Positions 29,831-39,215 of a DNA stretch of 64,000 nt are shown in pieces. The translations under genes and the position numbers were made by a program. Under the pieces are notes generated by a model that had not been told where the DNA came from, made no database searches, and saw only the letters and a list, made by a program, of their open reading frames with translations. Each line of letters begins with the position of its first letter. The first letter of the stretch is position 1. Source of the stretch: Candidatus Obscuribacterales bacterium (GTDB lineage Bacteria; Cyanobacteriota; Vampirovibrionia; Obscuribacterales; Obscuribacteraceae); NCBI GenBank assembly GCA_965228855.1, contig CBDDIJ010000002.1:2144001-2208000 (forward strand), in the 5' to 3' direction.

Positions 29831-30255
29831 AAGATTTTCCGACGAAAATCTTTAGGCCGAACAGGTTCGGAAGATTTTCCGCTGAAAATCTTTAAGCCGA
29901 AATGGTCAGAAGATTTTCCGACGAAAATCTTTAAGCCGAACGGGTTCGGAAGATTTTCCGCTGAAAATCTTTAAGCCGAACTGGTCAGAAAGATTTTCCG
30001 CTGAAAATCTTTAAGCCGAACTGGTCAGAAAGATTTTCCGACGAAAGTCTTTAAGCCGAACTGGTCCGCAAGAATTTCCGACGAAAATCTTTAAGCCGAA
30101 CTGGTCCGCAAGAATTTCCGCTGAAAATCTTTAAGCCGAACTGGTCCGAAAGATTTTCCGCTGAAAATCTTTAAGCCGAACTGCCAGAAGATTTTCCGAC
30201 GAAAATCTTTAAGCCCTTACTGCTCCCAAAGAATTTCCTCTGAAAATCTTTAACC
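29831..30255. repeat. Tandem array of 11 palindromic ~40-bp units
   Basis: Unit AAGATTTTC-CGAC/CGCT-GAAAATCTT-TAAGCCGAA-ctggtcaga. Starts at 29831, 29871, 29910, 29950, 29990, 30030, 30070, 30110, 30150, 30188 and 30229. Confidence 0.95.
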
Positions 30256-30260
30256 GCCCA

Positions 30261-31358
30261 CTAAGGACTCGAATAGCTACTCGTAGTCATAGTCGGCGCT
30301 TCGTACCTGAAGATTAACTGAGATGGGTTGGCACCGTGATCGTGGCTTTCGTCCTTGCAGTCCTCGTCACAGCCAACGGGGCGAGCAAGTGCGAAATCGT
30401 GGTCATCATCGCAGTTTAGTTGCGTGCAGAAAAACCTGTGATCTTCATCTTTGCACTTGAGCGCGTCTTTGCATCCGTCGTTGCATTTATGCTTGTCCTT
30501 GCAATCTTTATGCTCGGCGCATTTGTGACCACACTTCGAGAATTGGCACCAGTTGTGCCGGGAATACGTGTTTATTGCTGCAAACTGTCTACCGAGCACG
30601 TCCGAGGGAGCTACCTCAAAGCCCTGGTAGTCAGCTAGCCAGGGGTAGAACTGCTGAATAGCTGGTTGGTTCGAAGCGTTGACTTCCTTAAGAAGGTGCG
30701 GAATCGAGACGATTTCCGAGTGCTGGCAAATACGCCCTTCATTGCAAGACTGTTGGTTCGCTAACTCTTCGGCGCGAAGATACATACGTTCCGCTTTGTC
30801 GTGACGACCCATTCGGTCGTACAAGCAGGCGAGAATCGTGTAGCTTGACGGCAATTTACGGTCGTAGAGTCTGTTTTCCAGACTGGTTGCTGTTTTGTAG
30901 TATGACTCAGCCGAGCGCCAGTTACGCTCTGCCTCTTTCCTTTCGGCTGCTGCCAGTAGTCGAGGATGAGTATTCAAAACGAAGCTCACCATACGGTCAC
31001 GGGAAAAGGAGGCTTTCTCAAACTTCGCAATGGGATTGAAAAACTTGTTCAGGCAGCGCCATTCGCCTGCGTGCTCCATGCAAGCGGTGTAGAGCCCGAA
31101 ATAAATCATGGCTGGAAGCGGCAGAAGAAGCGCCAAACGCCTGATGCACCTGGCTTTGCGTAGAGGGAAGACCTCCTGCGATACAGCGAACCCGTTCGGT
31201 TTCACAAGTGAAACCAGCGCCAGAAGTCCATAGAAGCCCGCCGCGATCAAGCTGAGTATTGGAACTGCTCGCATGTGGGGGTTGTCCCGCAGCATCCAGG
31301 CGAACGCAAGCAGCGCCCCGATGAAGTACAGTGCGTTGAATAATTTCCGCGTGCCCAT
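30261..31358 (-). CDS. Membrane protein with TPR-like region and Cys/His-rich tail
   Basis: Three TM helices; SYTILACLYDRMGRHDKAERMYLRA; C/H/D/K-rich C-terminus. Confidence 0.65.
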   Translation of the reverse strand: MGTRKLFNALYFIGALLAFAWMLRDNPHMRAVPILSLIAAGFYGLLALVSLVKPNGFAVSQEVFPLRKARCIRRLALLLPLPAMIYFGLYTACMEHAGEWRCLNKFFNPIAKFEKASFSRDRMVSFVLNTHPRLLAAAERKEAERNWRSAESYYKTATSLENRLYDRKLPSSYTILACLYDRMGRHDKAERMYLRAEELANQQSCNEGRICQHSEIVSIPHLLKEVNASNQPAIQQFYPWLADYQGFEVAPSDVLGRQFAAINTYSRHNWCQFSKCGHKCAEHKDCKDKHKCNDGCKDALKCKDEDHRFFCTQLNCDDDHDFALARPVGCDEDCKDESHDHGANPSQLIFRYEAPTMTTSSYSSP

Positions 31359-31652
31359 GCCGCGCCCCTCCGAAAGCTTTTAGGGATCATACCCAGGTAT
31401 CTCCGGCAGATATCTAAAAGGCAGGCATTCTAATAAAACCCTGTTCGGCGGTAGCCGCCGTTTTCAAAATCGCTGCCTCCTAATTGTTTGATGCCATCTG
31501 TAGAAGAACTCGCGGTTCTCTTACAGCCAGGTGTAAGAAAACCGCATTTTCTTTATCCCCCTGCGACTTTCTGTAAACGGTGTTCGTTTAACAGGCGCTG
31601 GCCAGAGGCATTAATAATGTATCTGCTCTCATCGCGGATTGAGGAGATAGGC

Positions 31653-32498
31653 ATGGAACTAGACGCAGTCACCTATCCGGGAACCTTTTCAATCAGTAAA
31701 CGGCCCACGCTCAAGCAGCGGTTGCGCGAATCGCGCCCGTTGGTGGTTTTCTTTGCCGCATTTTTTATAGTAGGGTTTGCGCTACCTTCGATGACATCGT
31801 TTTTCGCTATGCCGCTCTGGCTCCTGACCGGCAATTTTTTTGCGTATACGCTCGCCATGTTTGCGATTGGCGTGGTTCTCACGGTCGGAGTAATTTTTAC
31901 TGTAAGGGCTATTTCACGGCGTACTTTCGGTTCAGAGGCTAAACGAATAGAGGCGCTTGAGCAGCGCCTGTCTACAGGCTCGCCCGACGTGCTCGCCGAT
32001 CTTGATGCGCTGATCTCTGCAAATTTGAGAGCCGGCCGGGCGGCAGTAGCGGAATTCTATAGCCGGCAGATTCTGACAATATGCGAGCGCGACCGCAATG
32101 AAGAAATCCATCCGGAGATAATGTTATCGACGCCATGCTGGGTTTCCACGCCAGAGTATCACCAGTCCGTAAACTACTGGATGGTGTGGTTGTACGAATC
32201 GCGAGGTCTGCTGTGCATGTCCAAGCATCACCTCGAGTACGAGAGCAGTAGAATCGCATTTCGCGTTGATCTTAAAGACATCGTAGATATAAGTATTGAA
32301 CGACATCCCTGGTGGTTGAAACCTTATCCACTGCATTTTATTCGAATCACTTTTCGAGAACCTGATTTCGGCAGCGTCATCAGTTTGAACGTGTCACCAT
32401 ATACGATGCAAACCGACACGGTTATGGACATCAATAAGCAAGTCAAAGACTGGTATTCAAAATTGACTAAACAGCTTGGAGCCGTTGAACAGGTCTGA
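31653..32498 (+). CDS. Membrane hypothetical protein
   Basis: RBS GAGGAG; two TM helices; beta-rich C-terminal domain. Confidence 0.65.
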   Translation: MELDAVTYPGTFSISKRPTLKQRLRESRPLVVFFAAFFIVGFALPSMTSFFAMPLWLLTGNFFAYTLAMFAIGVVLTVGVIFTVRAISRRTFGSEAKRIEALEQRLSTGSPDVLADLDALISANLRAGRAAVAEFYSRQILTICERDRNEEIHPEIMLSTPCWVSTPEYHQSVNYWMVWLYESRGLLCMSKHHLEYESSRIAFRVDLKDIVDISIERHPWWLKPYPLHFIRITFREPDFGSVISLNVSPYTMQTDTVMDINKQVKDWYSKLTKQLGAVEQV

Positions 32499-32788
32499 GC
32501 GAAACACACGCACTCGCAATGTGTTCGAATTCGGAATGCCTGTGATGATTCGGACGCGTTCTACTAGTTGAGACTCGCCTCTCTTTGGACTTCGGATAAC
32601 GCGAGAGTCCAAACTTTCGCATGTCTCCGGCGGTATAACTCCGGTCTGACTTTCATGCCGCAGCGGGTATACCCTCAGACCCCATTCCTCTGGCGGTCTG
32701 TCCAGTTCTGCAAGTCGATATCGCCTACGGAATTGATCGGCAGCAAAGACTTCCCAGCAGCAAAGTTTTCTCATCAGCAAAGTTTCTC

Positions 32789-32807
32789 AGTTGCACTTGA
32801 GTTACAA
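32789..32807 (+). promoter_or_regulatory. Putative OmpR-type box B, copy 1 (AGTTGCACTTGAGTTACAA)
   Basis: 18/19 match at 34075-34093; GTTRCA half-sites 11 bp apart; both followed by GTA(A/G)ATTGGTT. Confidence 0.6.
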
Positions 32808-32881
32808 GTCGAAAGTAAATTGGTTTCCACAAGCCGATGCGACCGACGCCTCGCTGATTCTATAAAAGGAGCTCGAAGAAT

Positions 32882-33703
32882 ATGATGGAACAATTGGATG
32901 GAAATATCGCCGTAAATGCAGAAAAATCGCAAAAGTCCTCATTACTATCGGTGGAAGATTGGAGTGCCTTCAACAAGGAATTGCTGAGCAAGAAGCCAGC
33001 CCCGCTGAGCAATGATGGAATGCTGGAATTCAGCAACCCGTTCGGCGAAAAGAAAAATGCTGTCGGTAAAACTGAAACCATGAACTCTGATGAAGCAGGA
33101 GATAAACTCCGTGCTTTGAAAAAAATGAAAGAGGGCGGCGACAAGGAAGACTCCATGCGTCAGCTGAAGAAAGAGAAGGCTGAGTACAATTCGACGGACG
33201 ATGAAGATCGGCAGATCAAAAAGTTGAAAGCTTTTGCCGCTGGAAAAGCAGAGGCAGCAGCCGATGGTTCGAAACCCGAGAAACCCGCTGACGGTGGTAT
33301 CAAGGACATCATCAAGAAACCATCAGCTGAAACCGATGGCGGTGTAAAGAAGCAGAAAGAACTAAACTCTGAACCGGATGGTGTAGTTCACCAGGAAGGC
33401 AAGGTCACCAAAGATGGTGGTTTCAAGGAAAAACTTGCGCCGACCGATTCTGATGATGAATTGACTCCGATGGAAGGCAAAGAACCGAAAGACGGTGGAG
33501 TGAAAGAACAACTTACCGACAGCGCGAGCCATTCGGATACAAGTGAATCCGCCCCTGGTGATCGCACGGAACCCGAACAGCGTAGTGAGCGTGATCTTGA
33601 TTCAGACACCCTGGAAGCCAAATCGCTGGCTCAAACAGGCTGGACTGTTCATGCTGACGGAACAATTTCTCCAGGACGGGTCAGATCCCAGGGACAAAAG
33701 TAA
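32882..33703 (+). CDS. Disordered, charged protein with DGGxK repeats
   Basis: RBS AGGAG; paralog of 34163-34633. Confidence 0.7.
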   Translation: MMEQLDGNIAVNAEKSQKSSLLSVEDWSAFNKELLSKKPAPLSNDGMLEFSNPFGEKKNAVGKTETMNSDEAGDKLRALKKMKEGGDKEDSMRQLKKEKAEYNSTDDEDRQIKKLKAFAAGKAEAAADGSKPEKPADGGIKDIIKKPSAETDGGVKKQKELNSEPDGVVHQEGKVTKDGGFKEKLAPTDSDDELTPMEGKEPKDGGVKEQLTDSASHSDTSESAPGDRTEPEQRSERDLDSDTLEAKSLAQTGWTVHADGTISPGRVRSQGQK

Positions 33704-34074
33704 ACGCTTCTTACCTCGAATTAGCTCATAACAGCTGGAATCCCAAGTTTTTTCCAAAGCAGCAGCATGGGAGCAGACTGACAGAAACTGAGCGGAACTC
33801 AAGCCTGTCGGTCTGCCTTCCCCAAATTTCGAGGACGAGCCTAAACCATGAAGATACAGTTGGAAGGCAGCCAGAACCTTTTTGACTACTTTTTTACTAA
33901 GCACCATATATGGTATTGCTGGAAACCTTTTCTTCGCGGTTATTGATCCATCCATCCTCGCAGCGTAGAGGGACAGTGTCTTCCGAGGCACTGTCCCTCT
34001 CGCTATCTGCACGTTTAAACAAAGTGGTGCCCCCGCGAAATCGTTTCCAATTCTTTTGTTGTCGTCTGTTCTCT

Positions 34075-34093
34075 AGTTGCACTTGAATTACAA
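34075..34093 (+). promoter_or_regulatory. Putative OmpR-type box B, copy 2 (AGTTGCACTTGAATTACAA)
   Basis: Near-duplicate of 32789-32807, upstream of the paralogous gene. Confidence 0.6.
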
Positions 34094-34162
34094 CTTGACG
34101 GTAGATTGGTTCTCATAAGCCATGGCTATGTATGCCGGCTGTTTCTAGAAGGAGATAAGACT

Positions 34163-34633
34163 ATGTTCGAACAACTGGATGGACAGATTGCTGTCAAAGA
34201 TAGCGGCTCAAAACCAGAACCCTTAGTAAGCCAGGACGACATGAGAAGTTACCAGGACTCCCTTTCCAAAAAGATCCCAGCGCAACCTCCGTTCGTTTTG
34301 GAGTTCACCGATCCGTATAAAGTTCCATCTTCCGAAGGTGGTCCGAAGCAGAAATTCGATACCGAAAATGATGGCACAGTTAGAGATGAGAGTAAGCCAT
34401 TGCAACCCAGGGATGGTGGCCTCAAGGAGAAGATTCTCGGCAGTGATGAAGGTCTGGTGTTCGATGAGTCGAAACCTGTCGAGCCTAAAGACGGTGGTGA
34501 AAAGTCCCCGCTCGTCTGCACTCCCGAAGATTCAACAGGGCTCGGTATCGACTTGCCTCCTATTGAATTCGTAGATCCCAGAGTGGAAGAAGCTCGCCGC
34601 CGTTTGGAGCGGATTGAAAGAGCGGACCAATAA
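34163..34633 (+). CDS. Disordered protein with DGGxK repeats
   Basis: RBS AAGGAG; N-terminus MFEQLDGQIAV versus MMEQLDGNIAV in the paralog. Confidence 0.7.
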   Translation: MFEQLDGQIAVKDSGSKPEPLVSQDDMRSYQDSLSKKIPAQPPFVLEFTDPYKVPSSEGGPKQKFDTENDGTVRDESKPLQPRDGGLKEKILGSDEGLVFDESKPVEPKDGGEKSPLVCTPEDSTGLGIDLPPIEFVDPRVEEARRRLERIERADQ

Positions 34634-34696
34634 CTTCAGGTTTACCTCTACTGGTCGGCACCCACCTACCACCAATCCACTTCAGGAGTTCTTATT

Positions 34697-35200
34697 ATGA
34701 AAATAGTGCCCAGAGAATATGAGAATTATCAACCTCAAGAATCTGCCAATGAGCATGGAGAAAGCCGTTCTCCAAGGATTCTGCAGGACATGGCCGACCC
34801 CGCGCTGAGCGACAAAGGAAAATTTCAAAAGTTGCATTTGGAAGTTCTTGAAACCGGTGACGTCGTGAAAACGCGCGGGGGAGACCAGGCGCTCGCTCTG
34901 ACGTCCGGTGAGACCATTCAACGTAGTAGTGACGGCCGCCTCCGCCTTTTCGACAGGTCTGGGCTTGAGTTGGGAGTGATCGATAAACAACTGCCTGAGC
35001 GAGGTACTTACCCGTCGTTACTGCACCTTGAGTATCCCGGTGGCGTTACTCTCACCGATGGTGGCGGTCGGTCGATTATCTCCTATCCTAACGGCACCGA
35101 AGTTCACATCGATTATAGAGATGGTTTCACCTCTGTCAGGAGGGATGGTCGCACGCACTCTATAGGTGGTCGTGTAGATGACTTCAATGGTTTTAAATAA
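34697..35200 (+). CDS. Hypothetical beta-hairpin-repeat protein
   Basis: RBS AGGAG; YPGG/YPNG turns. Confidence 0.65.
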   Translation: MKIVPREYENYQPQESANEHGESRSPRILQDMADPALSDKGKFQKLHLEVLETGDVVKTRGGDQALALTSGETIQRSSDGRLRLFDRSGLELGVIDKQLPERGTYPSLLHLEYPGGVTLTDGGGRSIISYPNGTEVHIDYRDGFTSVRRDGRTHSIGGRVDDFNGFK

Positions 35201-35221
35201 ACGTCTTTTCGTTCAGCAGCC

Positions 35222-35257
35222 ACGAAGGGCAATGTTTCGACATTGCCCTTCGTTTTT
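35222..35257 (+). terminator. Intrinsic terminator
   Basis: acgaagggcaatgt-ttcg-acattgcccttcgt followed by a T run. Confidence 0.8.
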
Positions 35258-37051
35258 CTAAGCCTGTGCTAGTGGAATGGTGAAGCGAAATTCGCTTCCG
35301 CCGGCGGATGAGCTGGTTACTGATATCTGACCACCGTGCAAGGTGACTATTGATTTGCATATTGCCAATCCCAGGCCGGAGCCCGTTGAAGACTCTGTTT
35401 TACTTGTTCCGACCTGGCGATATCTGTCAAAAACTACTGACACCATATCTGGTGGTATACCGGGTCCCTGATCCGCAACTGAAATCTCGACGAAATTATC
35501 GGTTTCCCTGGCACTCACGCGAACTATCGAGTTCCTGGGGCTGAATTTGATGGCGTTTGAAACTAGATTTTGTAATACTCGAATTATTCGGTCCTGGTCG
35601 CAATCTACCAGATAGTCTGTGTCTTCAAAAACGAGCTCGATATCTTGCTCCTTGGCTATTAGTGAGCTTGTTTCCGCTACGGCCTCGAAGCATTCCTCAA
35701 GTGGGATGGTGTCCATGGAAAGCTCCATCATTCCTGCCTCGATCTTTTCAATATCGAGCAGATCATTGATTAGAGCAGTCATTCTATCGGCATTGCGACA
35801 AGCAGACTGGAGAAACTTCTTGCCTTTCTGGTCAGTGGTTGTAAAAACACCGCGAGTGTAAAAGTCGAGTATGTTGGAAATCGTCATCAGCGGCGAACGC
35901 AAGTCATGCGTTATCATCGCCATGACTTCGCGTTTTAACTCTTCAGCGCGGCGGCGCTCGCTTATGTCATGAATCACAACGAAGTAACTTTGTTCTTCCG
36001 GCGACCATGTCGCGGACCAGAGTGTTTGAACGCTGTCTCCTCCCGTGGTTCGCATGGCGACTTCCAGTTCTGAGGCAACTTCACCATTCTTTAGCGCTGA
36101 TAAGTACGCAAGCATTTCCGACGCGTCCTTGCTCAATACGAGATCAACTATATAGCGACCAATCAGATCGTCGTCCGGCACGCCAAGAAGTCCTCGGGAA
36201 GCCGGATTTGCTCGCACCACCCGTCCGCTGTCATCGAGAGAACAAATCAAATCTCGTGCGTTAGTAATGATTGCGCTTTCTTTCTTCGCCGAATTTTGCA
36301 GTTCTTCGGCCATTCTGTGAAACTCACGGTCAAGTTTGCCTAATTCATCCTTGCCTCCAAGTGGTGGATTAAGAGGCACGTTACTAGCCAATTTCGCCGT
36401 GTTGTCGCACATCACGTTCAATCTGTTTGAAACAGTCCGGATGAAGATCGCTGCCATTGCCGCTGCCGCGGCACAGTCGAGAACTATCGTCAGAAGCATG
36501 AGGTCTTGATTCTGCTTGTTGAGAATCAGTTGATTCTTTCGACTGCGTTCAGCCTCCTCTTCATGCTGTTTTCCGACGTAGGTCAACTCGTCTTTAAGCA
36601 CGGTTTTCAAAGTCGCTCGGATACTTTTCCACTTCAATTTTTCCGCATCGCCACTTCTTTGTTCATGCAACTCACGCGCGTCCATCAGGTCTCGCACCAT
36701 ACTCAGTGCATCCGCCCTGGATTTCTTTGCTAGTGCTGCCAGCTCCGGCTCGCTTTTAGCAAGGCGCTCGAGCTCATCATAGTCCTTTTTTAAGCGGTCA
36801 AAGTGAAGCGCATACATTGGGTCGTCTGTTGAAAAGTTTTTCAACGCGCTGGGATCAGCACCAAACATCGAGAAAATTTCCAAGCTGTCTTTGGTTATTT
36901 GATTGATTGCGTCAGAGATGTTTCTTGCCAGGTTGGAGCGCTCCAACTCCGACTTCATCGTCCGATTGACATTCACCATGAGCGCAAATAGCACCACCTG
37001 TATGATCAACAGCGGTACAAAAAGTGCGACAACCTTTTTCGATAGAGACAT
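35258..37051 (-). CDS. Membrane sensor histidine kinase (2 TM, HAMP, PAS, HisKA, HATPase), paralog of 7571-9385
   Basis: THDLRSPL, NLVSNAIKF, DQGPGI, GSGLGL. Confidence 0.92.
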   Translation of the reverse strand: MSLSKKVVALFVPLLIIQVVLFALMVNVNRTMKSELERSNLARNISDAINQITKDSLEIFSMFGADPSALKNFSTDDPMYALHFDRLKKDYDELERLAKSEPELAALAKKSRADALSMVRDLMDARELHEQRSGDAEKLKWKSIRATLKTVLKDELTYVGKQHEEEAERSRKNQLILNKQNQDLMLLTIVLDCAAAAAMAAIFIRTVSNRLNVMCDNTAKLASNVPLNPPLGGKDELGKLDREFHRMAEELQNSAKKESAIITNARDLICSLDDSGRVVRANPASRGLLGVPDDDLIGRYIVDLVLSKDASEMLAYLSALKNGEVASELEVAMRTTGGDSVQTLWSATWSPEEQSYFVVIHDISERRRAEELKREVMAMITHDLRSPLMTISNILDFYTRGVFTTTDQKGKKFLQSACRNADRMTALINDLLDIEKIEAGMMELSMDTIPLEECFEAVAETSSLIAKEQDIELVFEDTDYLVDCDQDRIIRVLQNLVSNAIKFSPRNSIVRVSARETDNFVEISVADQGPGIPPDMVSVVFDRYRQVGTSKTESSTGSGLGLAICKSIVTLHGGQISVTSSSAGGSEFRFTIPLAQA

Positions 37052-37131
37052 GTTCTCAACTGCCAGCGATGCGACGGTGACCTGTGCATCAGATGCGATT
37101 ATAATACTACAGAGCTAGCGGGCGATGTTGA

Positions 37132-37815
37132 ATGGAGCGCGTTATGGCGAAGTTATTGCTGGTCGAGGACAACGAGGACCTGGCTGCCACGATCGAAGCG
37201 GAAATGATTCTCGAGCGGCACACAGTCGATGTTTTTCACAACGGTCTGGATGGTCTGGAGGCGTTGCGGGCGACTGAGTACGATATCGTTATTTTGGACT
37301 GGGAGTTGCCTGGTTTGCAGGGTGTCGAGATCCTGGCGAAATTTCGTGAGAGCGGCGGTGTTACTCCTGTAATTATGTTGACTGGAAAAGCAGAGATTTC
37401 GGACAAAGTCACCGGACTAGATCTGGGCGCCGATGATTATTTGACTAAACCGTTTAATTCTCGAGAATTAGCAGCGCGCATTCGCACGCTTCTTCGTCGA
37501 CCCGCGCAAGTTCGTTCCAACACCGTCGAGCATAACGGGATAGTTTTGGAGCCGGCAAGTTTTAGTGCCATTAAAGATGGTGTCGCTGTCCGTTTGCAGC
37601 CTCGTGATTTCGCTCTGCTGGAATTTTTCATGCGACATCCGGGAGAGGTCTTCGATGTGGATGCATTGATGGATCGCGTCTGGAAGCTTGATTCAGACTG
37701 TTCGCCGCCTGCTGTGCGCATGGCAATTACTCGAATCCGAAAAGCAATCGACAAAGAGGGCGAGGAGTCTGTGATTGAAAATTTGCCGCGGGTCGGCTAT
37801 CGCCTGAGAAAATAA
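37132..37815 (+). CDS. OmpR/PhoB-family response regulator
   Basis: LVED, DWELP, GADDYLTKPF, VGYRL; start may be 37144. Confidence 0.95.
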   Translation: MERVMAKLLLVEDNEDLAATIEAEMILERHTVDVFHNGLDGLEALRATEYDIVILDWELPGLQGVEILAKFRESGGVTPVIMLTGKAEISDKVTGLDLGADDYLTKPFNSRELAARIRTLLRRPAQVRSNTVEHNGIVLEPASFSAIKDGVAVRLQPRDFALLEFFMRHPGEVFDVDALMDRVWKLDSDCSPPAVRMAITRIRKAIDKEGEESVIENLPRVGYRLRK

Positions 37816-37870
37816 AATAGGTCCAGCTACTCGGCAGGCGGTCCAGTTTCAATACGTGAGGAAATAGCAG

Positions 37871-38686
37871 TTACAGATAGTTGCCGGTTGCTGTACGAAC
37901 TGAAATCTCGCCGCCAAGCAGTTCTTCTCTTCCGTTGTGCGTTTCGACAATGAGCGCACCATTATCGCTTATGTCAATTGCAGTTCCGCGCACTTCGCGC
38001 GACGGCGTGGTGCAGATGACTTCTTGTCCGAGCGTAACGGAAAACGCTCGCCATTCGTCCATGATCTTGCGGGTGCCGCCGTGTTGCATCGAGGTATACA
38101 CGTCCTCGACTTGTTGGCAGATTTCCGCGGCCAGGATATTGGTGTCGTATTCGGTGCCGAGCGCCGCTTCTAGCCAGTAAACTTTGTCTTTTAATTCGTC
38201 AGGAATATCTTTTGCGTCAAAGCGAGTGTTAATGCCGATTCCAATGACGAGCGCCGGTTTCGACCGATCGCCGGATGGCATTTCGGCTAGAATACCGCCC
38301 ACTTTTCGGTCGTCGCAAATTATGTCGTTGACCCACTTCAAGCCAATGCGCAAACCGCTGGTAGCAAAGATTGCCTTAGCTACAGCGACACCGATGCCGA
38401 GTGTGATCGCCGGCAGCTCGCCTATCGCAGTAGTCGGGCGAAGCAAGATGCTCATGTACAAACCGGAATCAGATGGTGACAGCCACTGCCTGCCCAGACG
38501 CCCTCTGCCGGCAGTCTGCTGACGACCAAAAACGATGGTGCCTTCGGGGGCGCCCTCGCGCGCCAATTCGGCACAACGCGTGTTCGTCGAATCGATCACG
38601 TCGTGCAATTCATTGGCGGGCGAGTGGCCGATTGTTTTCGACTTAAGTAAAACGCCAAACTCAGAGAGATTGAATTTGTTTACCAT
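37871..38686 (-). CDS. birA: Biotin-[acetyl-CoA carboxylase] ligase without HTH domain
   Basis: DSTN, QTAGRGRLGRQW, KWVND, KVGGIL, GIGIN. Confidence 0.93.
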   Translation of the reverse strand: MVNKFNLSEFGVLLKSKTIGHSPANELHDVIDSTNTRCAELAREGAPEGTIVFGRQQTAGRGRLGRQWLSPSDSGLYMSILLRPTTAIGELPAITLGIGVAVAKAIFATSGLRIGLKWVNDIICDDRKVGGILAEMPSGDRSKPALVIGIGINTRFDAKDIPDELKDKVYWLEAALGTEYDTNILAAEICQQVEDVYTSMQHGGTRKIMDEWRAFSVTLGQEVICTTPSREVRGTAIDISDNGALIVETHNGREELLGGEISVRTATGNYL

Positions 38687-38693
38687 GGCACTG

Positions 38694-39104
38694 TTAGCTA
38701 CGAGCTATAGCTGTTTCGATCTTGTTGTTGCCGGATAGCATTTTGTGAATCGGGCATTTGTCGGCAATAGCCTTCAGGGAATCGACCTGCTCATCGGTGA
38801 GTTCGCCACCGACTTTCACTTCGCGGGTGATAAGTGGAATTGTGCGCGATTCGTTGGCCGGGTCCGTGATTTTTTCTTCGCGGCAGAGTACTTCAACGGT
38901 GGTCACAGGCCAGCCTTTGCGGTTTGCGTACATCTTCACCGTCATCGATGTGCAAGCGCCCAGAGCTGCAAGCATGAGTTCGTGCGGAGAAGGTCCGAGT
39001 TCGGTGCCGCCTTCTGCCTTCGGCACATCTGCGAGCAGTGAGTGCGACCCTGCTTTTATTTCCTGCTTATACTCATTGTTGTTTTTTACGACTACTTCCG
39101 CCAT
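38694..39104 (-). CDS. OsmC family protein
   Basis: GPSPHELMLAALGACT...KCPIHKML. Confidence 0.9.
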   Translation of the reverse strand: MAEVVVKNNNEYKQEIKAGSHSLLADVPKAEGGTELGPSPHELMLAALGACTSMTVKMYANRKGWPVTTVEVLCREEKITDPANESRTIPLITREVKVGGELTDEQVDSLKAIADKCPIHKMLSGNNKIETAIARS

Positions 39105-39215
39105 TTCAGCCTCCGCTTGTGCCTTAACGATAATCGGCTTCGCGCCGAATCGCCTCGTTCTTATATAGGTAAATGGTAAACTCTTGACTGCACACAGAGA
39201 TCTATATTGAAGCCT

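Noticed and set aside
29831..30255. CRISPR array
   Set aside because: Inter-repeat segments are only ~8-10 nt and near-identical rather than unique spacers, and there are no cas genes in the window
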